From a virus: 64,000 bases of DNA. Below the pieces are notes generated by a model. It did no database searches and was not told where the DNA came from. It was given only the letters and a program-made list of their open reading frames with translations. Position numbers and translations under genes: made by a program. Below, one piece after another: positions 18,418 to 27,768 of the stretch (the first letter of the stretch is position 1; each line of letters begins with the position of its first letter). The stretch lies in IMG/VR virus record IMGVR_UViG_3300037423_000603; one strand, written 5' to 3'.

Positions 18418-19410
18418 ATGGCCGACTATCTCGCTTCAAACTTCAAGGTTTACCAGGAATATCTCAAGTCGCGTGCGGCTGAAACGCTGCAGCAGCAGGC
18501 GGATGCGTTCAACGCCGCCGTCAACAATGCGATCATCATGCGCACGGTCGAGAAGCCCGGCGACTACGAATACGAGTCCTTCTTCAAGGACATCACTTCG
18601 CTGGTCAGCCGTCGCGACAACACCTCGACCTCGGCCGCGACCAAACTGTCGATGCTGCAGGACGAGTTCATTCGCGTCAAGCTGAACCGCAAGATCGGCC
18701 CGGTCGATCAGTCGCGCGACAGCTTCCGCAAGATCTTCGCCCGCTTCTCGGAGACGGAGTTTTCCGGCATCCTCGGCGGCCAGATCGCGGTTGCCCAGCA
18801 GCTCGATATGCTGAACTCGGTTCTGCTCGCGGCGCGTGCTGCCCTGGTCAACGTCTCGTCCGGCGCCCTGATGTACACCGTTCCTTCGAGCGGCACGGCA
18901 ACCACCGCCGGCATGATCTCAGCACTGGCCAAGATGGGCGATCGCGCGGATCGTGTCGTGGCTTGGGTCATGCACTCCAAGCCGTACTATGATCTGGTGA
19001 AGGAGCAGGTGTCGGCGAAGATCACCGGCATCTCGAACTTCAACATCCAGACCGGCACGCCGGTTACGCTGAACCGCCCGGTCATCGTGACCGACTCGGC
19101 CAGCCTGGCTGTCACCTCTGGCTCGCCGGCCGTGACCGACTACTACACGCTCGGCCTGACTGCCAATGGTGCGCTGGCCGAGGTGACGGAGACCTCGGAC
19201 ATCGTTGTCCAGGATGTCACCGGCCTGGAAGTCCTGATGACCCGACTGCAGGGCGAGTTCGCCTACAACGTCGGCCTCAAGGGCTTTAAGTACGACGTGA
19301 CTAACGGCGGCGCCAACCCGAACGCCACCGCGCTCGGCACTGGCACCAACTGGGACAAGGCCGCGACCGACGACAAGGCGCTGGCCGGCGTGGTTCTCAA
19401 GAGCCGCTAA
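18418..19410 (+). CDS. Major capsid protein
   Basis: 330 aa, strong codon bias, position after scaffold, followed by a terminator. Confidence 0.88.
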   Translation: MADYLASNFKVYQEYLKSRAAETLQQQADAFNAAVNNAIIMRTVEKPGDYEYESFFKDITSLVSRRDNTSTSAATKLSMLQDEFIRVKLNRKIGPVDQSRDSFRKIFARFSETEFSGILGGQIAVAQQLDMLNSVLLAARAALVNVSSGALMYTVPSSGTATTAGMISALAKMGDRADRVVAWVMHSKPYYDLVKEQVSAKITGISNFNIQTGTPVTLNRPVIVTDSASLAVTSGSPAVTDYYTLGLTANGALAEVTETSDIVVQDVTGLEVLMTRLQGEFAYNVGLKGFKYDVTNGGANPNATALGTGTNWDKAATDDKALAGVVLKSR

Positions 19411-19417
19411 TCAACAG

Positions 19418-19448
19418 AAGGGGCGGTCTTCGTGCCGCCCTTTCCTTT
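19418..19448 (+). terminator. Intrinsic terminator after the capsid gene
   Basis: AAGGGCGG-TCTTCGTG-CCGCCCTT then TCCTTTC. Confidence 0.7.
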
Positions 19449-19454
19449 CTCGGA

Positions 19455-19712
19455 GTGATCATGGAACGCGAAATCATCTACGAGCCCCACCCCGTTTCGC
19501 CGGAACGCAAGGCCGAACTGGTTGCGGCTGGTTATCGCATTGTTGATGCGGTCTACGGTCCTACGCCAGAGCCCAAGCCCGCCCAGAAAGCCGAACTGAC
19601 TGTCGGCAAGGGGCCGGGAGGTCGCTTCTTCATCAAGGATGGCAAGGTCATCCATTCCGGGCCGTTCCATTCAGAGCAGGAAGCCACTGACGCCTTGGAG
19701 CGCATGGCCTGA
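19455..19712 (+). CDS. Virion-associated hypothetical protein
   Basis: YEPHPVSPERKAELVAAGYRIVDA, typical of post-capsid proteins. Confidence 0.7.
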   Translation: MIMEREIIYEPHPVSPERKAELVAAGYRIVDAVYGPTPEPKPAQKAELTVGKGPGGRFFIKDGKVIHSGPFHSEQEATDALERMA

Positions 19713-20128
19713 TGGAAATCGTCTACGCCTCCGGCCGTACAGAATGGCAGAAGGGCCGCATGTTCGGCAATGCCAGACTGTTCCACAGAACTATCGAGGG
19801 CGTCGAGAGGGTTATTGTCGTAGGAGACTGGCCGAATATCGTTGAGGCATATCGCCGGATCGGCGTTCCTGTCCGGGTTGTTGGGACCTGCATTCTTGCC
19901 GATCTGTCTCAGCCGAAGGACTATTCGTTCGTCTCTGCGCAGTGCAATCTGCCGATCGAGCCTGAACCACGTCCGGATGCCGGGTCGGTAGAAATTCCCG
20001 CCGCCTTCCGCGACCTGAAATGGAAAGAGCTTCGCGCCCTCTCCAAGCAGTTGAGCGACACGCCAGCCATCAACTCGAAAGAGGCTCTGGCGATTATCGA
20101 GGCTGAAGTCGAGAGGCGTAGGTCATGA
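19712..20128 (+). CDS. Hypothetical protein with C-terminal helix-extension-helix-like segment
   Basis: Coupled ORF; WKELRALSKQL..INSKEALAII. Confidence 0.65.
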   Translation: MEIVYASGRTEWQKGRMFGNARLFHRTIEGVERVIVVGDWPNIVEAYRRIGVPVRVVGTCILADLSQPKDYSFVSAQCNLPIEPEPRPDAGSVEIPAAFRDLKWKELRALSKQLSDTPAINSKEALAIIEAEVERRRS

Positions 20129-20181
20129 TCATGATCTTCGTGCGCGCCGCTGACCAGGCGCTGGTGTGGGGCGTTTGACCG

Positions 20182-21027
20182 ATGGCATCTCGTTTCTGGG
20201 TCGGTGGCAGCGGCGATTGGGATGCTTCGACTACCACGCATTGGGCTGCGACCTCCGGCGGTGCCGGCGGCCAGAGTGTGCCGGGGGCCTCCGATACCGT
20301 CACCTTCGACGGCAATTCGGGCGGCGGCACGGTCACGCGCAGCGTCGATGTCTCGCTGGTGTCGTTCGCATTCGGGGCGTTCACCGGCACGCTCGATTTC
20401 GCCGCCCACAACAAGAACATGACGCTGAGCACCAACAACTCGGCGTTCAACGGCAGCGGCACCGGAACCAGGACAATCAACCTCGGCAACGGAATCTATA
20501 CGTTCACGAACGGATCGACCGGCACGCCCGTGAACATGGGCACAACCACCAATCTGACGTTCAACGCCAATGGCTCCACGCTGGTCTTCTCCGGCACGCT
20601 TGCATCGCCGGGGACGGTCATAACCTTCACCAACACGCTCACATGGAACGCTATCCAGTTCGGCGCTCAACCGAACGGCGGGGTGTTGAGGTTTTCCGCC
20701 GCCCTCAATGCCGCAAGCCTGTCGGCCACCGGTCCCGGCGTCATCGAACTGAACACCTCGACATTGACCATAGGGACGCTGACGCTCACCGGCTCGGCAA
20801 GCGGTCTCATTCTTGTCCGCTCGGGGACGGAAGGAACCTCCAGGACTCTGTCGGTGGCCAGCAATGCACCGACCATGAGCTATTGCGCCTTCCGTGACAT
20901 GACGGGGGCCGGCGGCGCCAGCTTCATCGCCAACAACAGCTTCGATCTCGGCAACAACAGCGGCATCACCATCAACGGGCCGTCCGGTGGTGGCCACATT
21001 GCCACGCGCCAGCAATTGGGGATGTAG
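20182..21027 (+). CDS. Gly/Thr/Asn-rich beta-helix fibre or adhesin-like virion protein
   Basis: RFWVGGSGDWD..HWAATSGG start; autotransporter-like repeats. Confidence 0.65.
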   Translation: MASRFWVGGSGDWDASTTTHWAATSGGAGGQSVPGASDTVTFDGNSGGGTVTRSVDVSLVSFAFGAFTGTLDFAAHNKNMTLSTNNSAFNGSGTGTRTINLGNGIYTFTNGSTGTPVNMGTTTNLTFNANGSTLVFSGTLASPGTVITFTNTLTWNAIQFGAQPNGGVLRFSAALNAASLSATGPGVIELNTSTLTIGTLTLTGSASGLILVRSGTEGTSRTLSVASNAPTMSYCAFRDMTGAGGASFIANNSFDLGNNSGITINGPSGGGHIATRQQLGM

Positions 21028-21030
21028 ACC

Positions 21031-22614
21031 ATGCGCCGCTTGCCCCAATCCACCGCCTACACGGTGATGCTGAAGCTGTTCCTGTCGAGCGATCACGTCT
21101 CGGCCGCGACCGGAAAGACCGTCGCCATCAAGATCAGCAAGGCCGGCGGTGCCTTCGCCGATCCGAACGCCGGCGCCTCGAACGCGACGGAAGTCTCGAA
21201 CGGCTGGTACAAGTTCGCGCTCGACACCACCGACACCAATACGCTGGGCGATCTGGTGGTGCGCGGCACGGCGGCGAGCTGCGACGATGCCGAGCAGGTC
21301 TGCCAGGTGGTCAAGGCGACCAATGGCGGCCTGACCGCGCTGCCGGATGCGGTTGCCGGCGCCAGTGGCGGCCTGCCGCTGTCAGTGGATGCCTCCGGCC
21401 GCGTCGATGTGCTCAAGATCAACGGAACGTCGCAGACGGCGCGCGATGTCGGCGCAAGCGTGTTGCTCTCTGCCGGCACAGGAACCGGTCAGCTCGACTT
21501 TACCTCGGGCGTCGTCAAGGCGAACCTGGCGCAGATCCTCGGCACAGCGCTGACCGAGACGGCTGGCCAGATCGCGGCCGGCTTCAAGAAATTCTTCAAC
21601 ATCGCCACGCCTGCCGCGACGATGGATCATCTGGTGCTGGTCGATACTGTGACGACCTATACCGGCAACACGCCGCAGACGGGCGATGCCTTTGCCCGCA
21701 TCGGTGCCGCTGGCGCCGGCCTCACCGCGCTTGGCGACACGCGTATCGCGCATCTCGATGCCGATGTCTCGACGCGCTCGACCTATGCCGGTGCCGACAC
21801 TTCGGGCACCACGACATTGCTCTCGCGCCTCACCTCGACACGCGCTGGCCTGCTCGACCATCTCGACGCGGACATATCGAGCCGCATGGCGACGTTCAGC
21901 TATACCGCGCCGCTGGATGCCGCTGGCACGCGCGCCGCGCTCGGCATGGCTTCGGCCAATCTGGACACGCAGATCGCGGCGCTTGCGACGGCGGCGGCCC
22001 TTTCCGACCTCAGCGACGGCATCTCGGCGAGTTTCACCGCGCTGCAAAGCCATGGCGACAGCGCCTGGGCCACGGCGACCGGCTTCTCGACGCTTGGCTC
22101 AAGCGATGTCTCCGCCGCCGTCTGGGATGTCGCCATGGCAGATCATCTCGGTGCCGGCACTACGGGCGACGCGATTTTCCAGGCCGGCGTCCATGCCCCA
22201 TCGGCCGACAGCAAGGCCGACACGATCCTCGCCGACATCGCGGCGCTGAATAATCTCTCGGCCGCCGATGTGAAGACGCAGGCCGACCAGGCGCTCGCCG
22301 ACGCTGGCGTGACAACGGCGCGCATGAGCCACCTTGACGCCGATGTCTCGAGCCGGGCCTCTCAGCCGAGCGTCGATGGCTTGGCGATCCCGACCGCGGC
22401 AGATAACGCCGATGCTGTGCTCGCCGCCACCTATGAAGGCTCCGAGACGGTGCAGGATCACTTCCGCCTGGCGCGCGCCGCGCTCTATGGCAAGGCGAAT
22501 GGTCTTGGCGGATCGACGGTGCATTTCCGCGACGCAGCCGACAGCAAGAACCGGCTGACGGCCAGTGTCGATAGCGATGGCAACCGCGCCGCCGTGACGA
22601 CGGACGCGAGCTGA
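21031..22614 (+). CDS. Ala/Thr/Asp-rich fibre-like virion protein with internal repeats
   Basis: Repeats HLDADVSTR / HLDADISSR / HLDADVSSR. Confidence 0.7.
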   Translation: MRRLPQSTAYTVMLKLFLSSDHVSAATGKTVAIKISKAGGAFADPNAGASNATEVSNGWYKFALDTTDTNTLGDLVVRGTAASCDDAEQVCQVVKATNGGLTALPDAVAGASGGLPLSVDASGRVDVLKINGTSQTARDVGASVLLSAGTGTGQLDFTSGVVKANLAQILGTALTETAGQIAAGFKKFFNIATPAATMDHLVLVDTVTTYTGNTPQTGDAFARIGAAGAGLTALGDTRIAHLDADVSTRSTYAGADTSGTTTLLSRLTSTRAGLLDHLDADISSRMATFSYTAPLDAAGTRAALGMASANLDTQIAALATAAALSDLSDGISASFTALQSHGDSAWATATGFSTLGSSDVSAAVWDVAMADHLGAGTTGDAIFQAGVHAPSADSKADTILADIAALNNLSAADVKTQADQALADAGVTTARMSHLDADVSSRASQPSVDGLAIPTAADNADAVLAATYEGSETVQDHFRLARAALYGKANGLGGSTVHFRDAADSKNRLTASVDSDGNRAAVTTDAS

Positions 22615-22838
22615 TGTTCGGCGGACGTTTCTTCGGCCGCCACTTCTTCGGCAAGCGCTTCTTCGGCGGCGGCTTCGAGCCGGTGGATCTGGTGTTCCCG
22701 ACCGAGGAAGGCTTCTTCGCCGTGGTCGATAGCGTCTCACGAAGCGCCACGGTCGACGCGCCCTCGAGGTCCGCAACCGTTGATGCCGTGCAGCGAACCG
22801 CAACCGTCGATGCAGTTTCAAGGATGGCGACGACATGA
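22614..22838 (+). CDS. Small repeat protein
   Basis: FGGRFFGRHFFGKRFFGG and tandem SRSATVDA repeats. Confidence 0.65.
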   Translation: MFGGRFFGRHFFGKRFFGGGFEPVDLVFPTEEGFFAVVDSVSRSATVDAPSRSATVDAVQRTATVDAVSRMATT

Positions 22839-23119
22839 CATGGGGACCGAAAGACCCGGATGCCATCCGCGACTATGGCATCAATTGGTTGCCGGACCTC
22901 GGCGACAAGACGATCACCGCCTCGACGTGGCTGCTCAACGGCGCGGCGTGGACCGGCTCCGATCTGGTGAAGGTGGCGGATTCGTTCGCCGACACGACAG
23001 CGACGGTGCGGATTTCAGGCGGTACGGTGGGCGAGAGCTATGTCGTCACGAACCACATCGTCATGTCGGACGGCGAGGAAGACGACTTCTCGCAGAAGCT
23101 GAAGATCAAGGAGCGCTGA
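22835..23119 (+). CDS. Phage fibre-adaptor-like protein
   Basis: KDPDAIRDYGINW..ATVRISGGTVG..VTNHI motif. Confidence 0.65.
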   Translation: MTWGPKDPDAIRDYGINWLPDLGDKTITASTWLLNGAAWTGSDLVKVADSFADTTATVRISGGTVGESYVVTNHIVMSDGEEDDFSQKLKIKER

Positions 23120-23122
23120 CCG

Positions 23123-23653
23123 ATGATCGTTGAGGATGGCACGGGGATCGAAGGCGCTGAAAGCTATATCACCGTTGACCAGGCCATCGATTATGCCGCC
23201 GCGCATGGTCTGTCATTCCCTGACACCACGTCGGATGATGACGGGGAAGCAGCTTGCCGCCGAGCAACGGCCTGGGTTGACGCAACCTATCGCTCACGCT
23301 TCCCAGGCTATCGAACAAACCGCCGCGAGCAGGCTTTGGAATGGCCGCGCGCATACGCTTACGATGCGATGTGCCCGCCGAACCTTATCCCGAGCGACGA
23401 AGTGCCAAGCGAGGTGATAAAAGCCACCTGTGAAGCCGCTGTGAGGGAATTGGCTTCGCCTGGCTCACTATCGCCAGACTATGTGCCGTCGCAGAGCGTC
23501 AAGCAGGAAACCGTTGGGCCTATCACCACCGTCTTCGGCGGCACCGGCACTATTGCGGACGTTAGGCCCTTGCTTCCGATTATCGACGGCATCATGGCTA
23601 CCTTGGTCGGCTCTGGATCGAGTTCGCTCTTCGGCAAGGCTATTCGCGGATGA
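23123..23653 (+). CDS. Head-tail connector (family often annotated DnaT-like)
   Basis: MIVEDGTG..AESYITV, QALEWPR, VKQETVGPIT. Confidence 0.8.
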   Translation: MIVEDGTGIEGAESYITVDQAIDYAAAHGLSFPDTTSDDDGEAACRRATAWVDATYRSRFPGYRTNRREQALEWPRAYAYDAMCPPNLIPSDEVPSEVIKATCEAAVRELASPGSLSPDYVPSQSVKQETVGPITTVFGGTGTIADVRPLLPIIDGIMATLVGSGSSSLFGKAIRG

Positions 23654-24012
23654 CCGCGTTCAACTACGCCCGGCCACAAGCGACGGCCTCACGGCTCATT
23701 GCTCGATTCGGGCAGACCGGAGCAATTGTCAGGCCAACCCCTGGCAATGGGCCAGCCTATGATCCGGGGGAGCCGACAAACACTAGCCATGCCTGTCAAA
23801 TGGTCGTGCTAGACTACGCCGACAGCGATCGTGACGGGACACTGATCCAGTATGGCGACAAGAAGGTGTTGGTTTCTGTTGAAGGACTGACGATCGAGCC
23901 GAAGCTTTCGGACAAGGTTTCAATCGGCGGGTCCTCGCATAACATAGTGGCGATCAAGCCGCTCAATCCTGGCGGAACCATCGTCATGTATGAGATCCAG
24001 ATCCGGCACTGA
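23650..24012 (+). CDS. Head-tail joining/closure protein
   Basis: ASRLIARFG, GTLIQYGDKK, YEIQIR. Confidence 0.75.
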   Translation: MTAFNYARPQATASRLIARFGQTGAIVRPTPGNGPAYDPGEPTNTSHACQMVVLDYADSDRDGTLIQYGDKKVLVSVEGLTIEPKLSDKVSIGGSSHNIVAIKPLNPGGTIVMYEIQIRH

Positions 24013-25025
24013 TGGCCACGAAGGAGACGATTGCCTCCCTTCTCGACGAATGGGAGCCGAAAATCCGGCAGGCGTTCCTGTCCTCTGTCGATGAAATCCG
24101 CAGCAAGGCTGAAATCGGCCGCATTGCCGACATGCTGGAACGGGGAGACATCCACGCCGCGCTTAGGGCTGTCCATCTCGACCCGGCAGCATTCAAGGAC
24201 TTGGATGGTGCTATTTCAGGGTCGTTCAATGCAGGCGGATCGGCAACCGCTGGCAATCTACCCATTCTTCGTGATGCCGGCGGCGGCTTGGTCATTGTCC
24301 GTTTCGATGGCCGAAATATAGAGGCGGAGAACATTCTGAGGACGCAATCCTCCAACCTGGTCACGAACATCATCGAAGACCAACGGACGATGCTGCGGAA
24401 CACGTTGACCTCTGGAATGGAGGCAGGATCAAATCCGCGCACCGTCGCTCTCGATATCGTAGGCCGCTACAATCGCCTTACGGGGCAGCGTGAGGGCGGT
24501 TTCATCGGCCTGACTGCCGCACAGCAGCAGACTGTCGCAAAGCTCTCTGCCGGGCTGCTGTCGGGCGATGAGCAGGCATTGCGGGACTATCTGACCCTCG
24601 CAAGGCGCGACAAGCGGTTTGACCGGGCAGTTTTGAAGGCACTTGAGGAAGGCAAGCCGCTCGATAAGCCGACGATTGATCGGATCGTTTCACGGTACAA
24701 GGACGGGCTGCTGAAGCTTCGCGGCGAGACGATCGGCAGGACCGAGGCGCTTTCCTCCCTGCACAATGCGCAGAACGAAGCGATCAGGCAGGCCATCCTG
24801 TCAGGGGCAGTAAAGCCGGAGCAGGTGAGGCGCATCTGGCGATCGGCTGCCGATGATCGAGTGCGTGAATCGCATCGCTTCATGAACGGGCAAAGCGTCG
24901 GGCTTTATGAGCGCTTTCCGAATGGCCTGCTCTATCCGGGTGAGCCGGGCGCTCCGGCCTCGGAAGTGATCAACTGTCGATGCAATCTAGATATCCGCAT
25001 CGACTTCCTGGCGAACATACGCTGA
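24012..25025 (+). CDS. Minor head protein (Mu gpF/SPP1 gp7-like)
   Basis: IGRTEAL, RIWRSAADDRVRESH, YPGEPG..EVINCRC. Confidence 0.82.
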   Translation: MATKETIASLLDEWEPKIRQAFLSSVDEIRSKAEIGRIADMLERGDIHAALRAVHLDPAAFKDLDGAISGSFNAGGSATAGNLPILRDAGGGLVIVRFDGRNIEAENILRTQSSNLVTNIIEDQRTMLRNTLTSGMEAGSNPRTVALDIVGRYNRLTGQREGGFIGLTAAQQQTVAKLSAGLLSGDEQALRDYLTLARRDKRFDRAVLKALEEGKPLDKPTIDRIVSRYKDGLLKLRGETIGRTEALSSLHNAQNEAIRQAILSGAVKPEQVRRIWRSAADDRVRESHRFMNGQSVGLYERFPNGLLYPGEPGAPASEVINCRCNLDIRIDFLANIR

Positions 25026-25465
25026 TGGCCCAACAGTCATTCACGGCTCAGATCAACGCCTGGGTAGCGGCAACCAAAGAGCGGGGGGAAGCCGTCTTCA
25101 AGCAATCGGCTCAGGAAGTCATCGAGACCATGCAGACGCCAGTTGCGGCGGGCGGAAACATGCCGGTCGACACCGGGTTTCTCCGAGCCTCGCTCAGGAC
25201 CACGCTCAATGCGCCTACTCAGGGCGGCTTGGCCAATCCTGGCACGCCGGCACAATATGATAGCGGCAGCGTGTCTCTCGCCATCAACGGCGCCGGGCTG
25301 GGGGACACGATCTATGCCGTCTACACGGCCAACTATGCCAGCTTCGTCGAGTATGGGTCTCGCGGTCGGCCGGGTAGGGGTTTTGTGCGCCTGGCCGCAC
25401 AGCAATGGCCCCAGATCGTCGATCAGGTGGCTAAAGAGGCTCAGTCTCGCTCTCAGAAGCCTTGA
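25025..25465 (+). CDS. HK97 gp10-like tail completion protein
   Basis: PVDTGFLRAS, ANYASFVEYG. Confidence 0.85.
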   Translation: MAQQSFTAQINAWVAATKERGEAVFKQSAQEVIETMQTPVAAGGNMPVDTGFLRASLRTTLNAPTQGGLANPGTPAQYDSGSVSLAINGAGLGDTIYAVYTANYASFVEYGSRGRPGRGFVRLAAQQWPQIVDQVAKEAQSRSQKP

Positions 25466-25616
25466 TCAGGGCAGCAAGGTAAAGCAGCAGCGCGCCACGG
25501 CTGGCTTTAAGGGCGGTATCACCTCGGGTGGTCTGCCCGCTCAACTGTGACAACTGAAACACCATCCGGTGAAGCAGATCGGCAACGTCGTTGTCGGTGA
25601 GGATTTCTTCAGCCAT
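25431..25616 (-). CDS. Small antisense moron-like protein
   Basis: 61-aa ORF on the opposite strand filling the gap between tail genes. Confidence 0.5.
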   Translation of the reverse strand: MAEEILTDNDVADLLHRMVFQLSQLSGQTTRGDTALKASRGALLLYLAALIKASESETEPL

Positions 25617-25636
25617 GAAGCACAGGAAATAGCACC

Positions 25637-26065
25637 ATGGCAGAGACGATAGAAGGCCAAATCGCCGAGCTGCTCCTGGCTCATCTGGAGGAAATCGAGT
25701 TCTCGCCTGTCCTGCCGATTGCTTATCCAGGCATCAACTTCAAGCCAGATCCAAGCGAAACCTATCTCGAAGCCGTCTTTCTGCCCAATGCAACCGTAAC
25801 GCGCACCATCAACACGGGCGGATCGAACCAATACCAGGGGATGTTGCAAGTCAGCGTCATGCACCCCGTCGGGAGGGGCGCTTTGGCAGCAACTGACATT
25901 GCTGGCCGTGTCATTTCGCACTTCAAGCGCGGGACCGTCATTGCCGGCGACACAATCGCAGTGCGGATGATCCGTCAGCCTTACCAGTCCCCTTCCATGA
26001 CCGAACCGGACTGGCTCAGAGTGCCGGTCACGATCCCTTATCTCTGCTTCGCGGCAGAAAACTAA
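25637..26065 (+). CDS. Tail terminator protein (DUF4128-like)
   Basis: IAYPGINFKP, YQGMLQVSV, VPVTIPY. Confidence 0.8.
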   Translation: MAETIEGQIAELLLAHLEEIEFSPVLPIAYPGINFKPDPSETYLEAVFLPNATVTRTINTGGSNQYQGMLQVSVMHPVGRGALAATDIAGRVISHFKRGTVIAGDTIAVRMIRQPYQSPSMTEPDWLRVPVTIPYLCFAAEN

Positions 26066-26066
26066 T

Positions 26067-26166
26067 CCGGGTTCCCCGGTAATAGCCCAATCCGCCCTTG
26101 GGCAAGGCGAACCGGAGCGTCGCGATGACGCCCCATTCCCCGTAACAGCCCCTTCTGGGGCTTTTC
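26067..26166 (+). promoter_or_regulatory. Structured intergenic leader with terminator-like hairpin before the major tail gene
   Basis: TCCGG(G)TTC/GAACCGGA stem, GCGTC/GACGC hairpin, AGCCCC-TTCT-GGGGCT-TTT. Confidence 0.45.
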
Positions 26167-26181
26167 TGATGGAGCCCGTCA

Positions 26182-26661
26182 ATGGCTATCAATACTGCCT
26201 CCGGTACGATCGTCTACATCGGTACGACCGCTCTTGCCTCTACACTCACCGAATTCGAGGCCGACACATGGATTCCTATCGGCGAGAATGAAAACCTCGG
26301 CGAGTTTGGCGATCAGTCGTCGGAAGTGACATTTGCCGCCATCGGCGATGGTCGTGTCCGTCGTTCCAAGGGCGCTCGCGACGCTGGCACCATGCAGATC
26401 GTTGTTGCCCGCGACCCCAATGACGTAGGTCAGAATGCGATGATTGCCGCTGAGGCGACCAATTTCAACTACAACTTCAAGGTAGTTCACGCAGACGCCA
26501 TCAACGAAAACTGGTCCGACACGATCGAGTATTTCCGTGGCCTGGTGATGTCCAAGCGCACTAATGTCGGCACCAACGACAACGTGGTCCGCCGCACCTT
26601 CAATGTCGGCATCAACACCGCGATCGTGGAAGATCCGTCCGTCCAGATCACCTCGCCGTAA
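26182..26661 (+). CDS. Major tail tube protein
   Basis: IGENENLGEFGD, KGARDAGTMQI; position. Confidence 0.82.
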   Translation: MAINTASGTIVYIGTTALASTLTEFEADTWIPIGENENLGEFGDQSSEVTFAAIGDGRVRRSKGARDAGTMQIVVARDPNDVGQNAMIAAEATNFNYNFKVVHADAINENWSDTIEYFRGLVMSKRTNVGTNDNVVRRTFNVGINTAIVEDPSVQITSP

Positions 26662-26697
26662 TGGCGGGGTGACATTCCCTCCAGCGAAGAGACAAAT

Positions 26698-27102
26698 ATG
26701 GACCTATCCAATCTCGATACCGTGGCGGCGGCCTCCGAGGGCGCCGTCATGCCTTTGCTTCATCCGGTTTCAAGGGCACCGCTCAAGACGGACGACAAGA
26801 AGCCGATCACGTTGACGCTTCTGGGCTACGATTCCATACAATTTCAGGACTTCGAACGCATTAAGATCAACAGGCGGTTGAACGGCGAGGATGCCCCAGA
26901 GCGTTCGGCTGAGGCCCACGAGGCGGATAAGCTTGAAACGCTGTCCCTGTGCGTCAAAAGCTGGCAAAACATCATCGTGGACGGCAAGGCGTTGGAATGC
27001 ACGGCGGAAAACGTGCGCATGGTCCTGAAGCGCTTCCCTTGGATACGTGAACAGGTCGATTTGTTTGTGGGGAACCGCGCAAATTTTTTGCCAAAAGCAT
27101 AG
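26698..27102 (+). CDS. Tail assembly chaperone (gpG-like)
   Basis: Between tail tube and tape measure; ends in a slippery site. Confidence 0.8.
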   Translation: MDLSNLDTVAAASEGAVMPLLHPVSRAPLKTDDKKPITLTLLGYDSIQFQDFERIKINRRLNGEDAPERSAEAHEADKLETLSLCVKSWQNIIVDGKALECTAENVRMVLKRFPWIREQVDLFVGNRANFLPKA

Positions 27103-27416
27103 GCGGGCTGATCGCCTATGCGGAGGCGGTAAACACGCCTCGGAACAAGAACGACCCACTGCCTGAATTGCCAGATGCTTTGGCGCATGTCTGGGGATGG
27201 TTTCAGACGCTCTCAAAGGCAAGGTTGGAGGGTTATCCCATAACCTTTCCGGACATCGATGCATTTTCCCGACTGATGTGCATCAGAATACGCCCTTGGG
27301 AAGCGTCGTTGATACGCCGGCTTGACATGGAAGTTCTTGCTGCTCCTGCTCGTAGGAGGGCTCTGGAGGAGCAGGAAAATTCCAAAGTGATCAAGCGGGT
27401 CAGGGGACAGCGCTAA
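27081..27416 (+). CDS. -1 frameshift extension of the tail chaperone (gpT-like)
   Basis: A AAT TTT heptamer at 27081-27087; the -1 frame stays open into ORF 27168..27416. Confidence 0.75.
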   Translation, partial: KFFAKSIGGLIAYAEAVNTPRNKNDPLPELPDALAHVWGWFQTLSKARLEGYPITFPDIDAFSRLMCIRIRPWEASLIRRLDMEVLAAPARRRALEEQENSKVIKRVRGQR

Positions 27417-27712
27417 AGGAAGTTCAGGAGCCGGCAAGTGTCGGTGATCTGCCGGATTTCTTTCTTGGTGTCATCTGGGATATTGCTATCGCCTAACCGC
27501 CTGTCGGCAAGGCCGCAGAATGTCCTGACCTTGTCATCTTGTCCCGGTTGCGCGTCGGATAGCCTATATAGCCTTGCAACATTGGCATCTTGGGCAGCGC
27601 TCATCCGGGCCTGTTCCTCGCTGCGCTGCCACTCCCTGACAGCCATATAGGCGCCGCCGGCGATCACCGTGATGCAGGCGGCGGCCACCAAGACTTTCAG
27701 AGTTTTGTCCAA
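27413..27712 (-). CDS. Antisense membrane-anchored moron protein
   Basis: TTG start with AGGGGAG RBS; N-terminal TM helix; two Cys in the extracytoplasmic part. Confidence 0.65.
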   Translation of the reverse strand: MDKTLKVLVAAACITVIAGGAYMAVREWQRSEEQARMSAAQDANVARLYRLSDAQPGQDDKVRTFCGLADRRLGDSNIPDDTKKEIRQITDTCRLLNFL

Positions 27713-27768
27713 AGCCAATTCTCCCCTTGGACGAAAGCTAATCGACAACCGATTTCGGAGCAACAGGC

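Noticed and set aside
19921-22866. Long minus-strand ORFs opposite the fibre genes
   Set aside because: Antisense shadows of high-GC coding sequence, without RBS or motifs.
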